64,000 bases of DNA from an uncultured Candidatus Binatia bacterium (GTDB taxonomy: Bacteria; Desulfobacterota; Binatia; UBA9968; JAJDTQ01), in contig OZ251459.1 of NCBI GenBank assembly GCA_965242525.1, positions 1,088,001 to 1,152,000 of the forward strand, written 5' to 3'. The first letter of the stretch is position 1. Each line of letters starts with the position of its first letter. A program made the translations under genes and the position numbers. The notes under the pieces were generated by a model. That model saw only the letters and a program-made list of their open reading frames with translations, had not been told where the DNA came from and searched no databases. Below are positions 46,384-55,658 of this stretch, piece by piece.

Positions 46384-46986
46384 CTAGTTCCGGGTGGCTG
46401 CGTAGCTGGCCCTGGCGCGCAGCCGTTCGATCCAGGCGGCCACGTTCTTGTAGTCCGGGTCCAGGGGCACCTCGAACCGTTCCAGCAGGGCGACGTTGGG
46501 CATGAAGGAGATGTCGGCGAGGCTGAACGAGCCGGCCAGGTACTCCCTGCCTTGCAGTTGCCTCTCGACCGCGGTGAAGGCGGACCCGATGTTGCTCTGG
46601 GCCTCCCGGACCAGCGCCGGGTCGCGTTCCGGTTCCGGCTTCCGGTATTCGTGGATCAGCGTGACGAAGTGGGGGTTGACCCGGTTGTCGCGGTAGTCCT
46701 CCATCAGACGCGCCCGGGCGCGGTTCTCGGAATCCGCGGGCAGCAGGGCCGGATGCGGGTACTCGTCCTCCAGGTACTCGTTGATGACCGTGGAGTCATA
46801 GACGATGAAACCGTCGTCGTCGAGGGCGGGCACTTGGCCCAGGGGATGGATCTTCAGGTACGCCGGGTCCTTCTGCTCCTTCCGGGTCAGGTCGATGACC
46901 ACGCTCTCGAACTCCAGCCCCTTTTCCATCAGGGCGATGCGCACCTTCAACGAGTTCGTCGACGGCGGAAAGTGGTAGAGTTTCAT
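46384..46986 (-). CDS. Glutathione S-transferase family protein
   Basis: MKLYHFPPSTNS, HPLGQVPAL, DSTVINEYLE, FSLADI. Confidence 0.92.
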   Translation of the reverse strand: MKLYHFPPSTNSLKVRIALMEKGLEFESVVIDLTRKEQKDPAYLKIHPLGQVPALDDDGFIVYDSTVINEYLEDEYPHPALLPADSENRARARLMEDYRDNRVNPHFVTLIHEYRKPEPERDPALVREAQSNIGSAFTAVERQLQGREYLAGSFSLADISFMPNVALLERFEVPLDPDYKNVAAWIERLRARASYAATRN

Positions 46987-47149
46987 GTACCCGGACCTCC
47001 TGCTGTCCCCGCGTCTATGCTGTCCCCGCGTCCGGCCGGGACGATAGCACAAACGGGTTGGCAGGACTACCGGACCGGCGGGGGAGGCCGCGGCGGCCCG
47101 TGGTCCGCGGCCGCGGGGAAGGGGGGCAACCGGGGGAACCGGCGCCGCG

Positions 47150-48118
47150 TCAGACCGGCAGGCCCAGCCGCCGGACGCTTTCCACGTAGTCCCTGATTCC
47201 GGCGTCCAGGTCGTACTGCGGGGCGTAGCCCAGTTGCTCCCGGGCCTTGCCGATGTCGAAGACGCAGTAGCTCTGCTTGTAGCCGTCGCGGAAGTCCAGG
47301 CCCGGGCCGATGTCGATCCTGGCCTCCGGGAACAGGCGTTGCAGCACCTCGCCGAAATCCTTGAGGGTGACGCCCCGGCCGGCGCCCACGTTGAAGGTCC
47401 ATTGGGTGAGGCCCTCGGCCTCCAGGGCCAGCGCAACGGAACGGGCCACGTCCCCCACGTACACCACGTCGTTGCGCTGGTCGCCGCCCCGGGGGACCGC
47501 CACGTCCCGCCCGGCCATGGCGTCCTCGATGATCTTCCCGTACAGGGCCAGCACCCCGTGCCGGGCGAGCTTTCCCGGACCGTAGATGGAGGGGTAGCGC
47601 AGGGCCACGAACTCCACGCCGTAGCGTCTGCGGTAGTAGGCGCCCAGGGCCTCCGAGCACACCTTGGTGACGCCGTACAGGTCCGATGGGTCCGGCGCAT
47701 GGGACTCGTCCAGGGGCGCGAACTCCGGGTGCCCGTGGCGGCCGCGGATGTCGCCGGTGACCGCGTTGGAGCTGGTATAGACCACGCGCCGGACGTTGCA
47801 CGCCCGGGCCGCTTCCAGCACGTTCAGGGTCCCGTCCACTCCCACGGCTACGGCGAGGCGGGGATTGGCCTCGGCCGGCCCGGGCATGAGCGCGGCCATG
47901 TGCGCCACGTGGGTGACCGCATGGGCCGCCACCACTTCCCGCAACGCCGCGCCGTCCCGCACGTCGCCGGTGACCAGGTCCACGCGGTCCTCGATGTCCG
48001 CGACCAGGGAAAGGTCCACGCGGTTATCCAGCAGCACCGGGCGCTGTCCCCGGGCCACCAGGAGGCGCGCCGCGGCCGCTCCGTTCACGCCGGTGCCGCC
48101 GGTGATGAGAACCTTCAT
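47150..48118 (-). CDS. NAD-dependent epimerase/dehydratase
   Basis: ITGGTGVNG, YTSS, YGVTK. Confidence 0.9.
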   Translation of the reverse strand: MKVLITGGTGVNGAAAARLLVARGQRPVLLDNRVDLSLVADIEDRVDLVTGDVRDGAALREVVAAHAVTHVAHMAALMPGPAEANPRLAVAVGVDGTLNVLEAARACNVRRVVYTSSNAVTGDIRGRHGHPEFAPLDESHAPDPSDLYGVTKVCSEALGAYYRRRYGVEFVALRYPSIYGPGKLARHGVLALYGKIIEDAMAGRDVAVPRGGDQRNDVVYVGDVARSVALALEAEGLTQWTFNVGAGRGVTLKDFGEVLQRLFPEARIDIGPGLDFRDGYKQSYCVFDIGKAREQLGYAPQYDLDAGIRDYVESVRRLGLPV

Positions 48119-48134
48119 GCCAACCCCACCTTCA

Positions 48135-48359
48135 GGCACCTCCGAACGATCGAGACATCCGGGATGGATTCCCTCGCCCCGACACTCCTGTCTCCATTCA
48201 CCCTGATCCTCCCGTCCCCGTTCGTCCTGACCCTCTCATCCCCGTTCGCCCTGATCCTCCCGTCTCCATTCGCCCTGACACTCCCGTCCCCGTTCGTCCT
48301 GAGCGTAGCGTAGCGAAGTCGAAGGACGCGCTCACGCCCTCCGATCGTCCGGATGTTCC
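48135..48359. mobile_element. MITE (family A) with an internal ~24-bp tandem array and a REP hairpin
   Basis: GGCACCTCCGAACGATCG…CGATCGTCCGGATGTTCC ends; 5-6 degenerate CC[AG]TTCGYCCTGA.. units. Confidence 0.7.
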
Positions 48360-48403
48360 TTTAGCCGCTTACGGTGCATCATGCAATCCGTTATATTGGC
48401 TCC

Positions 48404-49144
48404 ATGATGTACCGGACCCAGCCGGCCTACGGCTCGTTCAGCTTCGGGGGGCCGGTGACCCCCGCGGTCAAGTGGCTGCTGGCGGTCAACGTCGCGGTGT
48501 TCGTGCTGCAGCTTCCCTGGCTGGCGGGCCGCCCGCTGCTGTGGATCTTCGGCCTGGTCCCCCGGCTGGTGTGGCAGGACTTCCACGTGTGGCAGCTCTT
48601 CACCTACCAGTTCCTCCATTTCGGGTTGTTCCACATCCTGTTCAACATGCTCGCCCTGTGGATGTTCGGCTGCGACCTGGAGCGGGCGTGGGGAACGCGC
48701 CCCTTCCTCAAGTACTACTGGGTGTCGGTCGTGGGGGGCGGCCTGTGCGTGCTGCTCCTGGAGCCCAACCAGGCCATACCCACCATCGGCGCCTCGGCCG
48801 GCATCTACGGGGTCCTGCTCGCCTACGGGCGGCTCTACCCCGACAACGTGATCTACCTCTACCTGCTGTTCCCCATCCGGATGAAGTACTTCGTGCTCAT
48901 CATCGGCGCCATCGCCTTCTTCTCGTCCCTCAGCCCGGGGAACTCCGGCATCTCCCACCTGGGCCACCTCGGGGGCATGCTGTTCGGCTACGTCTATCTC
49001 CGGTGGGGGTACGCGCTGCGCTGGCGGCGCACCTGGGCCACGGTCAAGCAACAGTACTACCTCTTCCGGCTGGCCCGCCTGAAGCGGCGGTTCCGCGTCA
49101 TCGACGGGAACAGGAAAGACGACGAGCCTCCCACCCTGCACTGA
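48404..49144 (+). CDS. Rhomboid family intramembrane serine protease
   Basis: WQLFTYQFLH, HILFNM, GASAG, HLGG. Confidence 0.92.
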   Translation: MMYRTQPAYGSFSFGGPVTPAVKWLLAVNVAVFVLQLPWLAGRPLLWIFGLVPRLVWQDFHVWQLFTYQFLHFGLFHILFNMLALWMFGCDLERAWGTRPFLKYYWVSVVGGGLCVLLLEPNQAIPTIGASAGIYGVLLAYGRLYPDNVIYLYLLFPIRMKYFVLIIGAIAFFSSLSPGNSGISHLGHLGGMLFGYVYLRWGYALRWRRTWATVKQQYYLFRLARLKRRFRVIDGNRKDDEPPTLH

Positions 49145-49163
49145 TCCGCCGCCCCGGGGCAGG

Positions 49164-49583
49164 TCACTCGGCCGGGTCGGGCCGCCGCGCCTTCTTGAGC
49201 TCGCCCCGCATGCGCTTGTCATCGAGCCGCCGCTGCCTGGACGCCGGGGACGGCGTGGTCCTGCGGCGGGGCGCCGGCGGTTCCGCGGCTTTGCGGACCA
49301 GCTTGACCAGGCGCTCCAGGGCGTCGTCCCGGTTGCGGGACTGGTCCCGGTAACGCCGCGCCTCGATGGTCAGGACCCCGCGCTTGTCCACCCGCGCGCC
49401 GCCCAGGCGCAGGAGCCGTTGCCGCACCGCCTCGGGCAGCGAGGGGGAGCCCGCGGCGTCGAACCGGAGTTGCACCGCGGTGGACGTCTTGTTCACGTTC
49501 TGCCCGCCGGGGCCGGAGGCGCGGATGAAGCGCTCTTCGATCTCGCGCTCGTCCAGTTGGATACGGCTGGTGATTCGCAGCAT
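49164..49583 (-). CDS. arfB: Alternative ribosome rescue factor B
   Basis: RASGPGGQNVNK, RDQSRNRDDA, basic C-terminal tail. Confidence 0.93.
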   Translation of the reverse strand: MLRITSRIQLDEREIEERFIRASGPGGQNVNKTSTAVQLRFDAAGSPSLPEAVRQRLLRLGGARVDKRGVLTIEARRYRDQSRNRDDALERLVKLVRKAAEPPAPRRRTTPSPASRQRRLDDKRMRGELKKARRPDPAE

Positions 49584-49696
49584 GTCTCGGAGGGTCCGGG
49601 GCCACAGGCGTAGCAGAGGGTCACACGTGTAGCAGATGGAGCCGCGCCGTGCGAGCACGGCTCCGCCGGGGGCAACCAACCGGTCGAGGAGGGTCC

Positions 49697-51466
49697 ATGC
49701 GTATCGTCCGAATCTTTCTCATGGTGGTGGGCGCCGGGGCCGTGCTGGCCGCGGCCGGCCTTGCCGCAGCCGTGTGGTTCTTCTCCGCACGGGACCTGCC
49801 GGTGCCGGAACGGACGGTCCTCGTCCTGGAACTCCACGGCCAGATCGTCGAATACGCGCCCCCCGACTTCACCCGGCTGCTCCGGCGCAGGACCCCCGGC
49901 GCGAGGCTCTGGAGGGTGGTGGAGACCCTCCACCGGGCCAAGGCGGACCCTCGGGTCCTGGGCCTCATGGTGCGCATCGGCGCTTCTGGCATGGGATGGG
50001 CGCAGGTCCAGGAGCTGCGCGACGCCGTCCTCGCGTTCCGGCAGTCGGGCAAGCCGGCCGTGGCCTTCGCCGAGTCCTTCGGGGAGTTCGGCCCGGGGAA
50101 CGACGCGTTCTACCTCGCCGCGGCCTTCGACGAGATCTACCTGCAACCCTCCGGCAACGTGGGACTCACGGGCCTGTTGGCCCAGCGCTACTTCGTGAAG
50201 GGCGCGCTGGAGAAGCTGGGCGTCGAGCCCCGGCTGGACGAACGGGAGGAGTACAAGGGCATCAAGGGGGTCTTGAGCGAGCGCGGCTTCACCCCCCCTC
50301 AGCGGGAGGCCCTGGTCCGGGTCCTCCGGTCCCTGTCGGAGCAGGTGACCGCGGGGGTGGCGGAAGGCCGGGGCCTCTCCCGGGCGGACGTCCGCGGGTT
50401 GATGGAACGGGCGCCCCTGTCCGCAGGGGAAGCCCTGGAAGCCGGGCTGGTGGACGGGCTGCGCTACGGCGACGAAGTGCGCCGCATGATGGAGCAGCGG
50501 CTGGGAGCGGACGCGGAGTTCCTGCCCCTGTTCCGTTACGGGAGGAGGCTGGAGCCCGAGGGGGAGCCGGCCGCCACCGTGGCCCTGATCTACGGCGTGG
50601 GCCAGGTCCGGGGAGGGCGGAACCGCTACGATCCCCTCGGGGGCGGCGTGTCCATGGGATCGGAGAGCGTCGTCCGGGCGTTCCGCCGCGCGGTGGAGGA
50701 CCACGAGGTCCGGGCCATCGTCTTCCGCATCGACAGTCCCGGAGGCTCCTACGTGGCCTCGGACGCCATCCGGCGCGAGGTGGCGCGGGCGGGACGGCGC
50801 CGCAAGCCGGTGATCGTCTCCATGGGGAACGTGGCGGGCTCCGGGGGCTATTTCGTGGCCGCCCCCGCGGACCGGATCGTGGCCCAGCCCGGCACGCTCA
50901 CGGGCTCCATCGGCGTGGCCGCGGGCAAGGTGGTGGTCCGGGGCCTGTGGGAGAAGCTGGGGGTGTCCTGGGACCAGGTGGCGGTCAACCCCAACGCGAC
51001 CTTCTGGAGCGCGCTCCACGACTACGACCCGGACCAGTGGAAGCGCCTGGAGCGACTGCTCGACGTCGTCTACGACGACTTCGTGGCCAAGGTGGCCGAA
51101 GGGCGGAAGCTCCCGGAGGAGGACGTGAGACGGGCGGCCAAGGGCCGGGTCTGGACCGGCGCGGACGCCAGGGAGCGCGGACTCGTGGACGAGCTCGGGG
51201 GGTACGCCGCGGCGCTGCGGGCGGCGCGGGAAGCCTTGGGCCTGCCGCCGGACAGCGTGCTCCGGCTGCAGGTGCTCCCGCCCCGGAAGTCCGCGGTGCG
51301 GCTCCTGCTCGAGGAACTGGCGGGGGACTGGGACGCCGACGCCCCGGTTCCGGCGGCCCCCGTCTGGAGCGAAACGCTGGCGCGGTTGGCGGGCTGGGCC
51401 CGTCAGGCCGGCCTGACGGGCCGCCCCGGCGTGCTGGAGATGGAGCTTCCGAGCCGGCTCCGGTAG
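49697..51466 (+). CDS. sppA: Signal peptide peptidase SppA (long form)
   Basis: N-terminal TM, RIDSPGG, SMGNVAGSGGY, TLTGSIGV, GRVWTG. Confidence 0.92.
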   Translation: MRIVRIFLMVVGAGAVLAAAGLAAAVWFFSARDLPVPERTVLVLELHGQIVEYAPPDFTRLLRRRTPGARLWRVVETLHRAKADPRVLGLMVRIGASGMGWAQVQELRDAVLAFRQSGKPAVAFAESFGEFGPGNDAFYLAAAFDEIYLQPSGNVGLTGLLAQRYFVKGALEKLGVEPRLDEREEYKGIKGVLSERGFTPPQREALVRVLRSLSEQVTAGVAEGRGLSRADVRGLMERAPLSAGEALEAGLVDGLRYGDEVRRMMEQRLGADAEFLPLFRYGRRLEPEGEPAATVALIYGVGQVRGGRNRYDPLGGGVSMGSESVVRAFRRAVEDHEVRAIVFRIDSPGGSYVASDAIRREVARAGRRRKPVIVSMGNVAGSGGYFVAAPADRIVAQPGTLTGSIGVAAGKVVVRGLWEKLGVSWDQVAVNPNATFWSALHDYDPDQWKRLERLLDVVYDDFVAKVAEGRKLPEEDVRRAAKGRVWTGADARERGLVDELGGYAAALRAAREALGLPPDSVLRLQVLPPRKSAVRLLLEELAGDWDADAPVPAAPVWSETLARLAGWARQAGLTGRPGVLEMELPSRLR

Positions 51467-51706
51467 CCCCCCGGGAGGTCCGCTCCATGCCGGCGCTCCC
51501 CCGGGAAAGCGCGTCCTTCGACTTCGCTTCGCTACGCTCAGGACGAACGGGAATGATCTCGGGAGGAACGGGGATGATGGTTTGGCGTTTCCCTCCGCGG
51601 ACCCGCCCCGGGAGGAACGGATCCCCGCGGCCGAGCGCGTCCGCTGCGGCTTGACACGGCGAACGGCGCTTTGCTAGGAGCCTGTCCGAACCTCCCTCGG
51701 TAAGAA

Positions 51707-52957
51707 ATGCTCGACGGAATCAGAGTCCTGGAGCTCGGCCACATCGTGGCCGGTCCCACCGCGGGTCTCGTCCTGGCTGCGCTGGGCGCGGACGTCATCA
51801 AGGTGGAGCGCCCGGGCAGCGGCGACCAGGCCCGGTTCAGCCGCGGCAACCAGGGGTATTTCCTGGCCTTCAACGGCAACAAGCGCAGCATCGCCTTGGA
51901 CTTGAAGGACCCGCGCGGCCGGGACGCGTTCGCGCGCCTCCTGCGCACGGCCCACGTGGTCATCGACAACTACGGCCCCGAGGTGCTGGAGCGCATGGGC
52001 CTCGGCTTCGAGGCCATGCAACGGATGCGGCCGGGACTGCTCCACTGCGGCATCAAGGGGTTCCTGGCCGGACCCTACGAAGGGCGCAACCTGCTGGACG
52101 AGCCGGCCCAGATGATGGGCGGGCTCGCCTACATGACCGGCCCTCCGGGCACGCCCCTGCGGGCGGGCGCTTCGGTGGTGGACCTGACCGGCGCCCTGTT
52201 CGGGGTCATCGGCATACTCGCCGCGCTGCTCCGGCGCCGGCACGACGACGGCGGAGGCGGCGGCGCGCAGGCAGGGCAGGGGAGGGACCGGGTTGACCCC
52301 GACCGCGCCGGCGGGGGCAACGACATCCGGGTGGGGCTGTTCGAGACCGCGGTGTTCCTGGTGTCCCAGCACATCGCCAAGGCCGGGATATCCGGGGAGG
52401 CGCCGGCCCCCATGACCGAGCGCGGCGTCGGGCAGGACCTGGGATGGGGCATCTACCGGGTGTTCGAGACCCGGGACCGGCGCCACGTGTTCATCGGCGT
52501 CACCAGCGACGTCCAGTGGGAGTCCTATTGCCGCGAGTTCGGGCTGGACGACCTCTGGGCCGAAGCGGCGCTGCGGAGCAACGCGGGCCGGCGCAGGGAG
52601 TTCGCCCGCTTGACCCGGCGCACCGAAGAGCTGGCGCGGGCTTGGGATTTCCACGAAATAGTCGCCCGGCTCGAGGCGGCCAACATCCCCCACGCGCCGG
52701 TCAACACCCCCATGGACCTGTTCGAGCATCCCCACCTGGCGGCGCGGGGGCACATGACGGAGCTCACCGCGCCGGACGGGACGTCGTCGCCGTTGCCCGG
52801 GCTGCCCCTGGACTTCCGGCATGCGGACCTGCCGCGCCGCGCGGACCCGCCCGCCCTGGGCGCCCACACGGTTCCCTTGCTGCGGGAATTGGGCTATTCG
52901 GATGAGGAGATACGGGCCATCACCGGCCCCGACCCGGTGGGGCAGGAGGGTGCATGA
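51707..52957 (+). CDS. CaiB/BaiF family (class III) CoA transferase
   Basis: LDGIRVLELG..AGP, GADVIKVE, NKRSIALDLK, PALGAHT. Confidence 0.93.
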   Translation: MLDGIRVLELGHIVAGPTAGLVLAALGADVIKVERPGSGDQARFSRGNQGYFLAFNGNKRSIALDLKDPRGRDAFARLLRTAHVVIDNYGPEVLERMGLGFEAMQRMRPGLLHCGIKGFLAGPYEGRNLLDEPAQMMGGLAYMTGPPGTPLRAGASVVDLTGALFGVIGILAALLRRRHDDGGGGGAQAGQGRDRVDPDRAGGGNDIRVGLFETAVFLVSQHIAKAGISGEAPAPMTERGVGQDLGWGIYRVFETRDRRHVFIGVTSDVQWESYCREFGLDDLWAEAALRSNAGRRREFARLTRRTEELARAWDFHEIVARLEAANIPHAPVNTPMDLFEHPHLAARGHMTELTAPDGTSSPLPGLPLDFRHADLPRRADPPALGAHTVPLLRELGYSDEEIRAITGPDPVGQEGA

Positions 52958-54072
52958 AGGCGGACGAGGGAGTCGATATGGCGGAGGTGGACGCGGCCAT
53001 CGACGCCTGGAAGGCGTTGACCGAACGGATGACCGGCTCGGTGGTGGAGGAGCGCAAGCCCTGGGTGACTTCGGTGACCGAGGACGCCATCCGGCACTTC
53101 GCCTACGGCACGGACGACGACAACCCCCTCTGGACCGACCCCGAATACGCCGCGGGCGCGTCCCACCCCAGGGTCCCGGCGCCTCCCGCGTTCGTGTTCG
53201 CCAACCGCTACCCCATACTCCACGGGGCGCCGGTGAAGGCCCCGCTGGCGTCCCTCATCGGCGGCGTGGAAGTAGAGTGGTTCGAGCGCGTTCACGCGGG
53301 CGACGCCCTGCGCTCCGAGCCGCGCCAGAAAGAGTCCTTCGAGAAGCGCAACCGGGAGGGGCGGCGCCTCAACTTCGTCATCTCGGAGATCGACTACTAC
53401 AACCAGCGGGACGAGCCGGTGGCCCGGGCCACGGGCACCATGATCATGGCCACGCAGGTCGGCCTCCAGACCATGATGGAGCACCGGACGCCCCGCTACG
53501 GCCGGGAGGACCTGGAGCGGCTGGAGGCCGTATGGCGCAGCGAGCGCCGCCGGGGCGCGGACCCGCTGTTCTTCGAGGACGTGGAAGTGGGCCACGAGGT
53601 CCCGTCCATCGTCCGGGGTCCCCTGACCATCGGCGACATGGTGGCGTGGAACGCGGCCATCGGGCCGTCCTACAAGGCCGGACGCCGGGGTTACCTGGAC
53701 CTCACCCAGGCCATGCACACCGCCATGGTGAACCCGGTGACGGGTTTTCCCGTCAAGTACTCCCAGCAGCACGAGGACGCCCACATGGCCGCGGGGCGCG
53801 GAATGCCGGCGCCCTTCGACAACGGCGTGATGCGGTTCGCCTGGGTGGCGCCCCTGGTGACCAACTGGATGGGGGACCGGGGGTTCCTGAAGCGCCTGAA
53901 GGTGCAGGTGGCCCGGCCGGGACTCTACGGCGACCTCACCACCTACACGGCACGGGTCACCGCCAGGGACCCCGAGGCCGGGACCGTGACCCTGGAGATC
54001 ACCGGGACCCGGCAGGGCGAGGTGGTGAACACCCGCGGCGCCGCGGAGGTGGCGCTGCCCGGCCGGTCCTGA
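52954..54072 (+). CDS. MaoC-type double hotdog dehydratase
   Basis: AIRHFAYG..DDNPLW (MaoC N-term); FEDVEVG…H.D..A…GMPAPFDNG. Confidence 0.82.
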   Translation: MKADEGVDMAEVDAAIDAWKALTERMTGSVVEERKPWVTSVTEDAIRHFAYGTDDDNPLWTDPEYAAGASHPRVPAPPAFVFANRYPILHGAPVKAPLASLIGGVEVEWFERVHAGDALRSEPRQKESFEKRNREGRRLNFVISEIDYYNQRDEPVARATGTMIMATQVGLQTMMEHRTPRYGREDLERLEAVWRSERRRGADPLFFEDVEVGHEVPSIVRGPLTIGDMVAWNAAIGPSYKAGRRGYLDLTQAMHTAMVNPVTGFPVKYSQQHEDAHMAAGRGMPAPFDNGVMRFAWVAPLVTNWMGDRGFLKRLKVQVARPGLYGDLTTYTARVTARDPEAGTVTLEITGTRQGEVVNTRGAAEVALPGRS

Positions 54073-54111
54073 AAACGGGGGACCGGGGAGACACCGGAAA
54101 GGAGAACGACC

Positions 54112-55623
54112 TTGAGCAAAGACGGCAACGGGCTGCCGGCCCGATGGGACCTGGAGACCGACGTGGTGGTGGTGGGCTTCGGTTTCGCCGGGGGCGTGGC
54201 CGCGGTGGCGGCCGCGGACGCCGGGGCGGAAGTGACCCTGGTGGAGAAGATGCCCAACCCCGGCGGCATCTCGATCCTGGCCGGCGGCGGCATCGCCACC
54301 GCGGTGGACGAGGACAAGGCGTTCGAGTACCTCCGGCACACCAACGCCGGAAGGACCCCGGACGACGTGCTGCGCGCCCTGGCCAGGGGCATGACCGAGA
54401 TGAAGGAGTTCGTGAAGGAGCTGGTGAAGGAGACGCCGTTCGATCTGGAGGAGCAGCGCAACGGCGGCACCTACCCCTTTCCCGGGGGGGAAGGGCTGGA
54501 CGGCTTCAAGATCGCGCCCATGGAGGGCTACCAGGGGTTCGAGTGGGCCAAGGGGCTGCGCGGCGGCGCCCGCCTCTTCAAGGTGCTGCTGGACAACGTG
54601 GAGGCGCGCCCGAAGATCTCGGTGCGGCAATCGACGCCCGCCCGGCGCCTGGTGCGGCACCCGGACCACGGCATCGTCGGGCTGGCGGCGGAGCACCGGG
54701 GCCGGGAGCTCGCCATCAGGGCCCGGCAGGGGGTCATCTTGGCCTGCGGCGGCTTCGAGAACAACGACGAGATGAAGCGCAACTACTTCGAGGCCATGCC
54801 CGTCTATACGCTCTTCACCGGCAACACCGGCGACGGCATCACCATGGCCCAGGAGGTGGGGGCGTCCCTGTGGCACATGTGGCACTTCCACGGCAGCTAC
54901 GGGTTCAAGTACCCGGAGTTCCCCCTGGCGTTCCGCCACTGCTTCCGGGGGCCGCGCAAGGAGGACTGGGTGATGCCCTGGATCGCGGTGGACAAGTACG
55001 GACGCCGGTTCATGAACGAGTACCCGCCCGCGGTCCAGGACACCGGCCACCGGGCGCTGGAGTTCTACGACGCCGACCGGCAGGAGTTCCCCCGCATACC
55101 CGCCTACCTGGTGTTCGACGAGAAGGGCCGCAAGCTGGGTCCGGTGGGGCAGCCCACGGTCCACGACGAGAAGGTCTCCTACGAGTGGAGCGAAGACAAC
55201 CTGGCGGAGGTGGAGAGGGGCTGGATCCGCAAGGCGGACGACCTCGAAGGCATCGCCGCGCTGATCCCCGGGGCGGACCCCGGGACGCTGGCCGGGACCG
55301 TGGAAGAGTGGAACCGGCTGTGCGCCGGCCAAGGGGTGGACCGTTACCACCGGCTGCCCGGCACCCGGCTGTCCATCGACACCCCTCCGTTCTACCTGAT
55401 GGAGGTCTGGCCCATCGTCTCCAACACCCAGGGAGGCCCGGTGCACGACGCCGGGCAGCACGTCCTGGACGTGCGCCGCGAGCCCATCCCGCGGCTCTTT
55501 TCGGCCGGGGAGTGCGGCTCGTCCTTCGGCCACCTCTACCTGGAAGCCGGCAACATCACCGAGTGCTTCGTGACCGGACGCATCGCCGGCCGCAACGCGG
55601 CCGCGCTGGAGCCGTGGCCCTGA
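54112..55623 (+). CDS. FAD-dependent oxidoreductase (SdhA/FrdA/KstD flavoprotein family)
   Basis: VVGFGFAG, LACGGF, NTGDG, NTQGG, IPRLFSAGE. Confidence 0.88.
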   Translation: MSKDGNGLPARWDLETDVVVVGFGFAGGVAAVAAADAGAEVTLVEKMPNPGGISILAGGGIATAVDEDKAFEYLRHTNAGRTPDDVLRALARGMTEMKEFVKELVKETPFDLEEQRNGGTYPFPGGEGLDGFKIAPMEGYQGFEWAKGLRGGARLFKVLLDNVEARPKISVRQSTPARRLVRHPDHGIVGLAAEHRGRELAIRARQGVILACGGFENNDEMKRNYFEAMPVYTLFTGNTGDGITMAQEVGASLWHMWHFHGSYGFKYPEFPLAFRHCFRGPRKEDWVMPWIAVDKYGRRFMNEYPPAVQDTGHRALEFYDADRQEFPRIPAYLVFDEKGRKLGPVGQPTVHDEKVSYEWSEDNLAEVERGWIRKADDLEGIAALIPGADPGTLAGTVEEWNRLCAGQGVDRYHRLPGTRLSIDTPPFYLMEVWPIVSNTQGGPVHDAGQHVLDVRREPIPRLFSAGECGSSFGHLYLEAGNITECFVTGRIAGRNAAALEPWP

Positions 55624-55658
55624 AGCCCGGGCCGGCACGCGTCCCCCCCGGGTGAGCC

